Shown here piece by piece: positions 24,147 to 37,600 of a DNA stretch of 64,000 nt. Position 1 is the stretch's first letter; the number at the start of each line of letters is the position of its first letter. Made by a program: the position numbers and the translations under genes. A model generated the notes under the pieces. The model had not been told where the DNA came from. It did no database searches and worked only from the letters and a program-made list of their open reading frames with translations. The stretch spans positions 4,650,001-4,714,000 of the forward strand of contig JBHGNT010000018.1 of the NCBI GenBank assembly GCA_043228905.1, written 5' to 3'. Source of the stretch: Azolla caroliniana (Eukaryota; Plantae; Polypodiophyta).

Positions 24147-24402
24147 GTAGGTAGAAGGCCCAAGGGCATCTCGGGAAATAACCAAAGAACATAGGAGAGT
24201 AGGTACAAGGCCCAAGGGCATTTGGGGAAATACACAAAAACAAAGGAGGGTAGGTACGAGGCCCAAGGGCATTTGGGGAAATAAACAAAAATATAGGAGT
24301 GTTATTAGTGTTTCCATAGAGCCAAAACTTCTTACAATAATGATGTACAAAGGTAGGATGTCCCTATGTTTTGGTTAGTTCCCCAAATGCCCTTGGGCCC
24401 AC
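24147..24402. repeat. Three ~51-bp direct repeats plus one inverted copy
   Basis: aggcccaagggcatttggggaaata occurs three times (24147-24298), followed by inverted ttccccaaatgcccttgggcc at ~24379-24399. Confidence 0.85.
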
Positions 24403-24426
24403 CCTCTTTGACAAAGAGAAGCGATC

Positions 24427-24460
<34 letters not shown>

Positions 24461-26987
24461 ATGGTTGCACGATTATATGGTATTTTGCACAAGGGCAGTT
24501 CGCAATAGAATAAGGCCGTCTTTTGTTTTTCATTGAATGTTTTCCCCCTAAATTGCTAACCTCAACCATTATGGTCTCCACCTTTCATGCTCATTTGTAG
24601 TGTCCTCCAAACTTTCCAATCTATTTTGGCTTGAATTATTTGTGGGACTCTTCTTGCGAAATTGAATTAGAACATGCGTATTCTTCTTATACAAGAGACC
24701 CAAGTTCAATACCCTTCAGTGGCATCGTAATGCCTCTATTGATTACCTACATGGTACTCTTTGTATTCAATATGTATTCTTAAACACAAGTAGTAGGCTA
24801 AAAGCCTTCCGGGTGTTATTTGGATGCCTCCAAGGTGGATTAGCACATCATATCAATCATCACCATTGACCTCTTTCCTTCACACATTATATAATATGGC
24901 ACAATGTCATCGTTGCTCTTTGACATATTCAATTATTCTTGGTCACAACTAATACTATCCCCACCCCCGACGACCTAGAGGATCAATTGTTCCCAGAAAT
25001 GATGAGTCCTAAAATACATCTTTTGAACCACACTCAGGAAATATTTGGAAACCTAGTTATTTATAACATTTGTTTGGCTTGACCGTAATCCCTCTCATTT
25101 GCTTTATAAGAATCCGCAACACATTTAAGTCGTCATTTAGAAACACTTGCAATGTGGAAGTATTTCACAAATAGGCAATGTGGACACCGCTTCAATAACT
25201 AGACAAGTTCATAACTTTAAAAGCTTGCCAACTAATTATTGGTACCTGAGGTCAATGTGAGAATTATAATAAAAAACAGGAATAATGTGTGGTATAGTCA
25301 TTTAAAGTGAATGACATTTAATATTTCTCTTCCAAATTGATGTAATTGGCAAATCTGATGTCATCACAAGAAACCAAATTCAACAAAAGTGTATGTACTT
25401 GTGTTATATTCTTTTGTTTGAAGTATTCTTTTGCTCATCGAAACAAAAACCCTAAACAATAGTAACTAATCATCAATGTGTTTGCTTGTAGCTATGTCTC
25501 ATGTGTAGATGAAGAGAATTACACACTCTCACTAGCTAATCACCCAATTTTCCAACCTTTGTAACGTGCATTTGCCTATTTGTGACCACCCATACCCAAC
25601 TATGCCCTACACAAAAATAGGATTTGAATGGACCCTATATGACAATGAGTTGCTTGCATGTGCAACATTACACCATCTTGATGAACTGATGTTGGTTTCT
25701 GTCTAGAAGCATATCAAGTATAGAGTATCAAATATTTATATACAACTATTTCAATAATTCACGTCAAGTAATAAAAAGTCCCCAACCAATAGTTACTTGA
25801 AACTCCCATTCAATCCATGGCACGTGAAAGGAGGGTTACATTGTGCGAACAATTATCTATCATAATTCTAACATTACCATCATCAACAAGACATAAGTAT
25901 TAATAATCATAGAGGAAGTTATCAAAGGTTTTCCACCTTCCTAACTATTTTTAGCAGCTTTACGAAGGAAATTTCTTAAGTTAAGCAAATCCCAATATGA
26001 TGTATGCTCCATCAAAGGGCCTTGAGTTTGTGGGATGTTGTAACAATCAAAATATTGCACATTAATGTATCAAAGTTTGGCATATTCACAATGAGGATAA
26101 GATGAATGGTTTTGAACTCCCCAATGAGGATAATGATGTCCATAGTACGAACAAAGAAGATGATGATTATTTGGGGATCCATATTGAACTTGATTTGGTT
26201 TGTATAGCTTGAGGATGAAAGGTTGGGCAACCAACCAATACTGTTTTCTAGCCACATGCACTCACATTTATTTATCCTATATAGAGATTAGTCTTAATGA
26301 TTCAAAGAAGATTAAACAACAAGAAAAAGTTGAAATTTTCTCTTAGTGTTAAGAAAGCTGGTGTTAATCATGGAGTATTGTCTCTTGAAAAAATCTAGAG
26401 AACAAAAGATGGCCACTCATAAATTGATTCATTGCTAATAATATCAATCATTCAATTGCAAAGACCTTGTTTTCAAGCTTGAAATTGACAAGTTAATGTG
26501 ACTTTCATGAGAGAGCCACCACACTCTTTTTGTAACTTAGTAGAATGTTGTAAACTACAAAGATTTGTAGGCATTTTGGGAAGTTACAATTGGTGGTAGA
26601 AGGTTATGCCAATCTATAGAAGGTAGTAGAAGCTTTTAATGAGTCAGAAACCAGCACTACATACATCTCCTTTCCCTACATACTTGTCCTACCACACCCA
26701 GACTTGCCTTGAATTTGCACCACCAATGTTCCCTCCCTCCATGCCTTGCCAAAGTATACTAATACACAGAAGTGGTAATGAGTCTTACTTATTGAATGCG
26801 CGAAAGTTGAAATTCTCTTACTCATCAAAAACACGATGATGTGACCGATACACCTTTGTTAAGTACAAAAGTTAATGCCATATATCATGTTGGTTCTCTT
26901 TGAAAGCTACAAAACTCCATTGTCATGTGATTGTTATTCTTGCTTCATAAGCTCACACTTTCGTAGACAAACGAAAGAAATCTAGAA

Positions 26988-28380
26988 TCAATTTGGGACG
27001 GTTGCTTCCACGACCTGTGATCCTGGTGGTAGGCGCCCCAGTCCCGGTAGAATTAACTTAAAGCTCCGAGGCATTGGTGTAGGATCATAGTTGAACCCAA
27101 TCAAAACCAACCCTAAGAATAGGAGAGGGTATATATATTAATTTCTACTCATAAATTTTCATCTTCCAAGCCTTTTTTTTTTAATAGGCAATCCTCTACT
27201 TCAAAGTTCAAACAATCTATCTAAGGAATCCTCTAGTAATGAGATTCAGCCAACCACTTGAAAATTGAATCAATACATATTATCCCCTTAAAGTGACTCC
27301 TAAAATCATAATGAATACATAATATGGGATCGATAAGTATCTTACCATGGCTCCGAATGCCCAAGACTTCGGTCGGGGACACATTAGCAACCACTAGCAC
27401 CTTCTTTCCTACAGCATCTTCCACATCCATGACATATTTGCATTCCGAAACAATCGTCCGAATCTCGCACCCAATATCGACCTACGGGAACAAAACATGG
27501 GGCATAATACAAATCACACATAGGTTTTCAAACATCACAAAAAAGGATCACAGAAAAACACCGGAACATGCTGAAATGATGGGGATACTTACCACCGGAA
27601 TGCCCGTTGGTTTTTCCGAAAATTCCGAGAACAGCCCTTTTGGTCGGAGTAACAACAACATTTCGGAGACTTGCGGGGTAATTCTCGGTAAGTTTCGAAA
27701 AGGCCATACATGTGGGGCAGACTGGTAAGGTGAAGGAAAATTTGCAAAGCGAAAAGAAAATTCAAGGGGCTCAAATCTTTGGTTTATCTTTTGTATGTAT
27801 TTACAGTCAATTGGAGGTATCGTCGGCTGTTTGTTGGTTTTCCCCTCTTCTCACTCATCTCCGGGTCAAGCACTGGCTTTGCATGTGTCTGCATTTTAGA
27901 CAGAGAATCGATTGAATCCTTTCGAGAAAGTAGAATCAAAATGAATCCTTTTTTGTAATAAGAGAAACACATTGAAATATTAGGCTTTTCCTTGTCTATT
28001 TCCAGGAGGAAATACAAATACCAATATTAAGCAAAAGAAATGAATCCGAAATTTGATTGATTAAGGGAGAAGCTTACAATGAGTCCGACTCGAAGGTCTA
28101 CAGTAGAAGAGAAAGCAGAAGGGTGGATTTCAGGCTTCACACTAGGACAGGAAGACCTATCTACAGAGTCCTCCGGGTGGGCACTCTCAGGAGTGTGGCA
28201 TCTGACGATGGAGGATGATGAGCGCGATGGAGGTCTAGGAGAAATGCTCTTGATTTTGGGTCGTCTCTTCTTGCCATGAATGTGAAGCACGGGGAGAGAA
28301 GAAACACGAGGAGGAGGAGCAGGAGAAGTAGAAGGAGAAGCAAGAAAAGGGCATGGTGTCTGCAGAATGGCCATCATCAT
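26988..28380 (-). CDS. Four-exon gene for a 215-aa protein: transit-peptide-like N-terminus plus a stand-alone tRNA-binding OB-fold (Trbp111/CsaA/MetRS C-terminal family)
   Basis: Exons 28078-28380, 27805-27888, 27346-27481 and 26988-27112 have GT-AG introns and compatible phases (648 nt in total). The spliced domain reads DLRVGLITHAKPV...YLQLTVDIGCEIRTIVSECKYVMDVEDAVGKKVLVVANVSPTEVLGIRSHGLVLIG...LPPGSQV. Confidence 0.88.
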
Positions 28381-28593
28381 TTCTTCTTCTTCTTCTGCTT
28401 TGGATTTGATTGTGGATACTTAATCTTCTTCTTCTTCTTCTTCTTTTTCTTCTTCTTCTTCTGCTTTGGATTTGATTGCGGATACTTAATCTTCTTCTTT
28501 GGATTGGATTGTCTATGTAATATTGTTGGATTCACACCATGTCTCTGGAGGTCTCTGGAGGTGTGTCCGTGTCCGTGTCTGTATCTGTATCCA

Positions 28594-28626
<33 letters not shown>

Positions 28627-29010
28627 CTTTCTCTATGTCTATGTCCGTGTCCGTGTCCGTGTCCATATCCGTATCCATGTTTGTGTGTGTGTGTGTGTGT
28701 GTGTTTCTCTATGTCTATGTCTATGTCTATGTCTATGTCTATGTATGTGTTTGTGTCTTTCTCTATGTCTATGTCTATGTCTGTATCTGTGTTTGTGTTT
28801 GTGTTTGTGTCTTTCTCTATGTCTATGTCCGTATCTATGTTTGTGTTTGTGTTTGTGTCTTTCTCTATGTCTATGTCCGTATTTGTGTTTGTGTCCAAAT
28901 CTTTGTTTGTGTTTGTGTCTATTGTGTGTGTCCATGTCTGTGTCTTTCTCTATGTCTATGTCTGTATCTGTGTATGTGTCCATATCTTTGTTTGTGTCTG
29001 TGTCTATTGT
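28381..29010. repeat. Compound microsatellite tract ((TTC)n, (TG)n, (TATGTC)n, (GTGTTT)n) directly upstream of the tRNA-binding-domain gene
   Basis: Simple repeats are directly visible and account for several spurious ORFs. Confidence 0.9.
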
Positions 29011-29544
29011 GAGTGTCCATTGTGTGCCATCAGACAGTCAATCATGTTCGCCTTGCCCAACACACCCACCCGCCCCCACAAAACTATTTTTGGCACATTG
29101 CCTTTTCATGCCCCGTCCATGTTGGCACACGTCTCGCACCTGAAATGGGTTGTACCATTACCTATGTCCTTGTGTTGTGCCCTGTCTATAGCTTCGCCTT
29201 AGTTGACAACCGGCTCCTACATTTTACATTTTTGGTCCACAATCTGTATGCTTCATGCCTGACAGAATGCTTCAGATTAGTTCTGAATCCAACCTATAAA
29301 TGATGCACATGCCATTAGAATCGTGGGGTAGACATCCATGAATGCCATTTATACTATTGTCTTCTTTCAACCCCTACCAACCTAATTGTTCCCTCTCTAT
29401 GTGCTCTGTAGTTATCGTTGCTCAAAATAAACCTTCAGTTCTATGCAAAGCCTTGCTTGACTTCCCACTTTCTATTTGCAATCCATAAATATCGACAAAA
29501 TTGTGTTCCCAAAAGGGACCAATCTTTAACCATTTATAAGATAT

Positions 29545-29751
29545 CATCTAATACAATTTTTTCCTTCACAATGAAAATTTGCATTACCCTCCTCCCTCTT
29601 TAAACAAATATTTGGACCTCACACTATAACACCTAGGAATTAGTGCATGTTTGTTATCATCTAATACAATTTTTTCCTTCACAATGGAAATTTGCATTAC
29701 CCTCCGTTAAACAAATATTTGGTCCTCACACTATAACACCTAGGAATTAGT
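29545..29751. repeat. Tandem duplication (~110-bp period)
   Basis: tcatctaatacaattttttccttcacaatg...cacctaggaattagtg occurs twice. Confidence 0.85.
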
Positions 29752-30338
29752 GACGGTTAGGTTTGAAACGCAAACCGAACCACAAAACCACACTTAATGG
29801 GTTAACAACTTAATCATATCAGTTTTGCAGGGGGTTTAAGAGTTCAATTCAGTTCAAATTGAGCTGTTATCTACTTAACAGCTTAGGATCTTAATGGTTC
29901 AGAAGAGCATTTGAAAATTTATCTATAAATTAACTTTATACATGTGTAATGCAATATTGTTATGAAGTTTTAACTTTCAACACGGCAATTCTTGTGACTT
30001 CTAATTTTCTTCCTTACCAAATTAAAAATTCACTCTACAATCGCCAATCAATTTGAGCCAAAACCAAACCACAAAACAGTGACTTAACAATTCTTGGATC
30101 TCTTAAACCATTAGGTTTCAGTGTGAAAATCCCTCAAACAATACAATTGTTTAGCACATGATGAATAGGTTGCTAACTGATTTTTCAGAAGACACTCTAA
30201 GATATTCATCAAGTATCATTAACTACAATACTAGATATCTTCTTACCAACCACTGCAAAATACAATGATTTTCCTATTTTGATCCACAGTATATTATGTT
30301 GTTTTGTCCTTTATGTTGTCCTAATGATATTGATAGAT

Positions 30339-30577
30339 TTCATCACCACATGCATGGGAACGCATTGCTTTTATGCATTCATGTGTACATTTCTCAAGTT
30401 CTTTAAACATAATTAATTTGCACCCTTTTGAATTGATTTTGTTTCATACACACCAAGCTCATCACCACATGCATGGGAACGCATTGCTTTTATGCATTCA
30501 TGTGTACATTTCTCAAGTTCTTTAAACATAATTAATTTGCACCCTTTTGAATTGATTTTGTTTCATACACACCAAGC
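30339..30577. repeat. Apparently exact tandem duplication (~119 bp x2)
   Basis: catcaccacatgcatgggaacgcattgc...catacacaccaagc occurs twice. Confidence 0.9.
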
Positions 30578-31682
30578 AGGTTGTCTAAAAGTGTCATATT
30601 TTTCAGTTCCCTAGCATCATTTTATTGTTTGACTCCCAATTTCAAAACTCCACCTTGACAACTGCATTTTCTTGTCAGAACCCAGACCAAAGTGAAATGT
30701 CCTCTACTCAATACTTTATTCCATCTTCAGTTAACTTGGAAAAAGGCCATTACGCTTCAATGAAAATTTTCTTTTAATACCAACTCTACTTGTACATTTC
30801 TTGCTTGGAAGTACCAACGAAATTCTTGCACCTCATGCTCAATTTACACATCTCAAAAGGTATGATGCAACCTCACATTTAAGCCACTATAGAAGAGCAT
30901 ACCTCAGAAAATGTGTCATTTGAAGAGGTTGTCCAACATGTACCATTAGATATCCTCTATTCCCATAGAGTTCACCAAAAGACACTTTGCCTTGTAAGTA
31001 AAGCTATTGACATGTTTCAATTTCCTATCCATTCACATTGACATACTTTTACATCCATTCTGTGACTAGTTTAGAAACTGTAACTGCCATACGAAAAGAA
31101 TATAAAAGAAATGGAAAAACATGTATCCGTTCCCTGAATTGTGGACTTAGATTATAGTTGTTTTACGTTAACGAATCTTAAAAAGGGTAGACACCAATTT
31201 GAGCTGATAAACAAACCAGAATTCAGATTACAAGATATATATCCATGATTACACTCATATTACACACCAAGCTACAACCCTCAAACATCAATATACCCTC
31301 TCGTGAGCAAATGAATCTGAGAGATCTTCCTCAGGTTAGAATGGGAAAATCCGGCTTGACAGAGATACAACATCAAGATGCACTCAAATTTTTGAAACTT
31401 GAAGGTTATCAAAATGCAAGGAACTCAGGTTTTATATCCATGCTATGACAATTCAATGACCCCTGAGCTCAAGATGGAACAAATAAATTTGAGAGAATCT
31501 TTCCCAGAAAGGCTTATAAGTTCTGCCCAAAAAATATGAAATTCCTCAGCAGTTCGCAGAATTAGATACAATTGCAAATCTCAGCCTCAAGAACAGGTGC
31601 TTTGATAAGTATCCCGATTTGAATACGTGTATCCAGCAAGAAATACAAGATACGGACATGTACAACATTTGATGGATCAAAC

Positions 31683-34600
31683 TTACTGCAATGCGAGGAT
31701 TATCCGAGACTTCAATGTTCGGACCAGCCTCTGCATTTGTTTATCTCGAGCCATCTTGTCCTGTAAACATAACAATAATTCTATGAAGATTCAATATGAA
31801 TGATGAAAAAATATAATTCTTCAATGTACACAATACAAGCACCAAGCCAAAGTATACAGTAAACTCTAGACCATTTTGATAGCAAACAATACGAATAAAC
31901 TTCTATTTTTCATAAACTTCTGCTGCTCTCAGAAGTTTATGAAGAATATTAGAGCTGATCAAAAGTATTAGATAAAACTTTACACATTGAATAACATTGC
32001 CTAAAAGATCTCCCATCCCTAAATCTGATGGATCCTATAGATACACTTTACTTGCTTTCTGTTCTCTTTATTTTATTTTAATTTTTCAGATTTATGCAAC
32101 CATGCAAGGAACAAGAAAGATACCTCAGTTATTCTTTCCAGTTGCTGGAGGCAAGGTAGCAACTTCTCATTCAAGGCACGAAGCTCTTCAATACTCCCGC
32201 AGAAAGATTCAATTACACCATGAAATTGGTCTGGCACTTGTAATCTGCCAAATAATGCTACCATCAGCATAAACACTTCAAAGTACAAGCAATTAAAGTG
32301 TTGTCTCAAAGTTAGCTTACTCTTTTTCATAATGTATGTAGATAATGTTGAGAGAATGCTCAATAATGTAGAAAAGCAAAGTGACAAGAGAGTCCCTATT
32401 GCCAGCTGCACAACACATTTCGACCATTGCAATATATCTCCTGATACATATCACCACATTAATACGCATCATCTGAAACAAAAATTTGCAAAAGCTAAAA
32501 TATCAATCTATTTCAGAATGCTACCTTTTCCTGATACCCTCAATTTCACCAGTTTGATCCACTCTGCTGTAGGCTTTTATAATATCGTCAACCTCATGTC
32601 TAGATAACTCATTCACATCTTGGACCTGCATGCATGAAACAAAAATCGGAATGGTTTTATGAGTAGTCATTGTGATGGGGCTATTTGTTCTGTGGATAAT
32701 TAGAAGAAAGATGGTAGTGAAAAAATATATTGTCTGGAACCAAGCTTCAACCTAAATTGGATAACATGATCAACCCTCATCTAACATTGACAACTTCACT
32801 TCACCAGGTTTTGAAAGAATGATTCATGCAAGTGATCAAACGTTCAGAGCTATGAATTAAGTGTAAGCCCTTAACTTAGCTAACAGCACTGATCTTTCCT
32901 CAATTGCTGCTTCCAAATCAGAAACAGTCTGCTCCAGAAGGCTAGCTACAAGATTCAAAGTAGGTTGCTCCTGTCTTCCTAGAGTGAACTGACTGCTTGA
33001 AATACTCTCAGAAGTAATCTGTAGTATACAAGGTAAATGCAATGATATATTAGCCACATCTTTGATCATGCCCCCAAAAAGGTGGAAGCCATACATTTTA
33101 ACTGAAAACAAATCATTTGCAATTGCTCACGCTTGGGCTTGAGCATTTAAGACGTAGTCCTTGTTTCGAGACCATCCTAAAGAGAAAAGATATCAAGTTG
33201 CAGCGTACATGTGCTAAGAGTAGTTCCAGTTTCCTAACAGACTGGAAAGGATCAAAATGTTAAAACAACAAATTATGACCAAGAAAAGAAAAGAACAGGA
33301 CAATATGCCACAATCACTATACCTCCTGTGTTGCTGATGTCAAGCCAGGTAAGCGTTTTGCATCACTGACACACTGCACGTATCTATTTTTAGACTCTCC
33401 ATCCAGAGGAAAGTAAGCTGATGCAAGATTGTAAAGAGCTCGATGAAATTCCAATTCATCTGCTTTAGCAAGGTGCCAGACCTGGAAAACAAATCTTAAA
33501 TATCAGCACCGTTTGACCTGAGATAATCAGGAAATTGGCCGCGTGATTCGAAGAGAGGAAAGTAAAAAAACATTCAATTCATTATTTTGATTGTTTCAAA
33601 CACATGTTTTATGACGCAGATCCTGCAGTGATCCCACATATTACAGATATGCCTCACCAAAAGAACATCCTCAGAAAGGTTTTCATGCTTGATTGTTTCC
33701 TGATAACCTCTCTAGACCACCTCAAGGGCTTAGGCTCCACTAATCTTCTCATACGTCCTACCGTTTTAAGATTCCACACCTACACAGCTGGGGAGTCTTG
33801 GAATTATTGTTCATTACAGGGATCATGATAACCACCTAGCATAGCCTATTGCCTTCTTTGAGTCCTAATAAGTCTGAAGATATTCACTCAAAGTAGAAAG
33901 CTCCATTGGACAAAATTCAATGGCTATGCATTATAATTTCACCCAACAATTTTAATAGGAGAATGTGTCATATAAAGATTGGGCAATATCTATTTAGAAT
34001 ATGGAAGATGTTACTCTTTTCTTTCCAGTACCTTGCTTAATATAGCTGTGACAAGATTCAACTCTTCTAAGCTTTCCGGTTGGGTTCCAGTTTTATCATC
34101 TCGCAGCACTCGTGCAAAGAGGCTAGAATGCCCCTTGATGAATTCCAAAATATCCGACGCCACTTCATTATCTTCCTGGCTTAGTGAACAATAACAGTAA
34201 TAAAATGAAAGTTAAATTATTTCTCAACTAATTTGTTACCATATTCATATCTTAAGCATTACGAAAAATTAAGATTAAGATGGAAAAGCACACAAACCTT
34301 TGAAAATGTTTTCTCGCTTTCAATGAGAGTACTCAAGCACAACACTACTCTTAGTACAGGTAAAATAATTTGTTGGTGTCTCTCATACTGGGATGGGAAA
34401 CCTGTTCCTGCCTTCCGCAATTGCTCCCAGCGTACATCTTCCTGTAATTAATATGCTCCAGACTAAATTACTCTACACATTTTAAGTTATGGGTTGAAGA
34501 TAAAATTCTGATGGCTTAAGACCTATTTTGAATATAAACAGAAATACAGAGATATACAGCTAAGCATATTCCTCATGGAACATACATAATACTCTAAATT

Positions 34601-37600
34601 TAATTAAAATGAAAATAATTTCCTGATATCAGTTTCATTTTTTCCATTGTAAGTTGTAATCTATCAATTAGTATTTCTAGGATCATTTTTATGATAGTTG
34701 TTCCTTGCATCCAGCTTTTTGTGATGACAACAAGAACAATTTAGTTTGACGAAACTGAAGGAGCTATAAGTAATCTACTTTAATAACAGTTGGTATTTAT
34801 TCTTTAAATGTAAATTGACATATATTGTATTAAAACATACCGACAACTGTACATCAATTGCTTTGCAAGAAGTAAGATGCTGCAATACACCCATAGAAAA
34901 CAAAGTCCGAGCTCCTTGTTTTTTGCTCTGGTGGCCAACACGAAGCAGAAGAGATAGCTCAGCCTCGAGTGTATAGAGGCGGCGCACAGATGCTGGCGAG
35001 GGAAGCAGAACAGCCTTCAAAATGTAAAACGTTTTTGCCAGATAAGCTGATAAAAAGTCTAATAAACTTTCCTCTGAGGATTGCTGATAGTGAATAGACC
35101 TAACCTGATATGAATTTGTACTAATATCTTGTAGACATCCTTGAAGTAACCCCCTAGTTTGTAACTGAGTAAGAACAGCTTGATCAGCATCCATTGCCAC
35201 TAAAGCATCCAGTGTATAGAAGGCCATAGCTTTACCCATCTCACTCCCTTGTGTGATATCTTTCATTAACTGAATTAACATATCATTTTTTTCAGGAATT
35301 CTGTCACTGTAGCAGAGAACTTTTCAAATATTGAAAAGCGTCCATACCAAATTTATAAGGGGGACGAATTGACTTCTGATTACTGAAAGATTATTCTGGA
35401 GCAAGTCTGATTGTTCTTTGTCCAGCTGCTTATTGCTCATTGCATCAGGCAATAAATCTACAGGTTTTCCTTAGAAAGCAATTCAGAACAAAAATATAAA
35501 TGCCAATTACCTTTTCAAGATCTCTTTCATCTTCTCCATCATGGCCTTCAACAAGAAGCGATCTCATGACAGGCAAAGGTAAATCAGGATCAACAGTTCC
35601 TTGGCAATATTGAAGGTAAGATATCAATGTTGTATACTGTCTGCAGATAAAATACATCAATAAACAATTCAATTTTTCTGGTGTGCCAGCGCATTTCCTT
35701 TGTAAATCTTGCTAGAAGCTGAGGATAATTTCACGTATGTGAATAGAAAAGTACCCTAGTTGATCAACTTTGTGTATCTATATCATTGAATAGCAGAGTA
35801 ACCTAATTGAAGTTCACCAAACATCACAAAATGTCGGTTGGTTATGATTTAGAAACAAGGATTTGAAGGTTGAGAGAAGTATGAACTACACTTCTTTAGG
35901 AAAACCATACATAGATTAAATAAAGGGGACAATAAGTGCATGCTTAGTGATTAAGAAGATCTAGACAGCACTAGAATAAACTGTCAAAAGATGACTACCC
36001 TGGGTTCTGGCAATGTTTATTGCATGGTTGCTGCAGAGTTAAAGGCACCAAATATCAATCAATAAAATGCAATGTTTCGCTCCCTAATCAACTTGAGAAA
36101 TTGACTTGGGACAACTATGGATATATTAAAACAGCACATCTTATGTGGTGCCATTAGTCTGCTACCACAAATAATATCTGAATGATATGGTATGAAACAT
36201 TTAAAAAAATACCATTTAAACTCTCCCCATAAAATCAATTAAAATGATCAGGTGAAGAATCAGACCTCCGACGCAGTATTTCAGAACTCTCTGCACGTAA
36301 AATAGATGTCACCAACTTTGACAAGATTGTCTGACAAGCACTATTTGATAAGCGGGATGAAAAAAGCAAATCAATATATGTAATGTCATCTGTAGTATCT
36401 CCGGAGGGACAAGTAAAGCTCAACTCTTGCAATTTGGCCATGCATGTCATTACCACCTGTTATGGCATTCTAACGTGTCAATATATTTCGGGAGTAACTA
36501 TCAACGGCAAATCCATACACCCAAAACATCTCACCTGACTCAACAAAACTGCCATCTTAAGAGAGCAATCTTGCGAGATGCTTGCTGTCAGTGATGCGTC
36601 CAGAATCCTATAATACATCAAATGCACATAAAAAAGTTTTAAAGTTATATAACGGTGTGCTGGTATACCAAAACAATATGAAAATCAACACACGTCAAAA
36701 ACATTTTGTATGATTACTGTAGCAGAATACGCAACCAGAAATCAAGAGGCATGCAAATCTACCAAAATAATATAAAAATCAACACAAGTAAAAAAATATT
36801 TTGTATACTTACTCTAGCAGAACATGCAACCGGAAATCAAGCAGCTCAAATCGTCTAGAAATTCCAACCTGCACTTCATTGATGACATTTTAACAAATAT
36901 AAATATCTTTAAAAAAAAGGTTTTAAAAGGAGAATACCTCAATAAGTTGTGACCACCCCATCAACATGTGCAGCTGGGCTGCTCGTTCTTCCACATTCTT
37001 ATTGAACTTCCAGCCCCATCTAAGTAAGTGTTGGACAGCATCCCTTAACATTCCCTGACTTTGTTCACTGATGGCAAAACTTTGTTGCATTTCAATTCTT
37101 TTGTATTCCTATACAAAATATTGTCAACGTCAGAGGAACCAGAACAAAGCAGTCAGATATGGTGACGAATTACAAAGTTCAAGTTAAATACCTGCCAAAG
37201 CCTATCTCTGAAAGCTACTAACTCTATTAAGTGATCCCCACGCTCTGAGTAGCAATAAACGCCACCTTCCTCTACCATGGCCGGTTTTGTAAGAATTTCA
37301 TTAACCTGCAAGGGCAACATGATATCCGCAAAGCGCAGTATGTACGGGTAAGGATCTCTGCAGGAGTGCAAAGCGTACAACAAATTCTAAATGGAACATA
37401 CACCCATGGTATTACCATCAAATCATCCTTAATACTCTGTAATTCCCATGGAAGCTCTGAATCTAATTCAGGTGGTTGAAATTGTACAACGTCTAAAAGC
37501 TCTAAAGCCTGAACAATTAAATACATATACACAGATAAATACATATTTAGAAGCATTAAACAGAGGCATCATGCAAGCATCTAAACCTACAACATACCTT

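Noticed and set aside
28276-29202. Cys/Val/His-rich ORFs suggesting a metallothionein-like or membrane protein
   Set aside because: They are products of TG and TATGTC microsatellites, open in nearly every frame.
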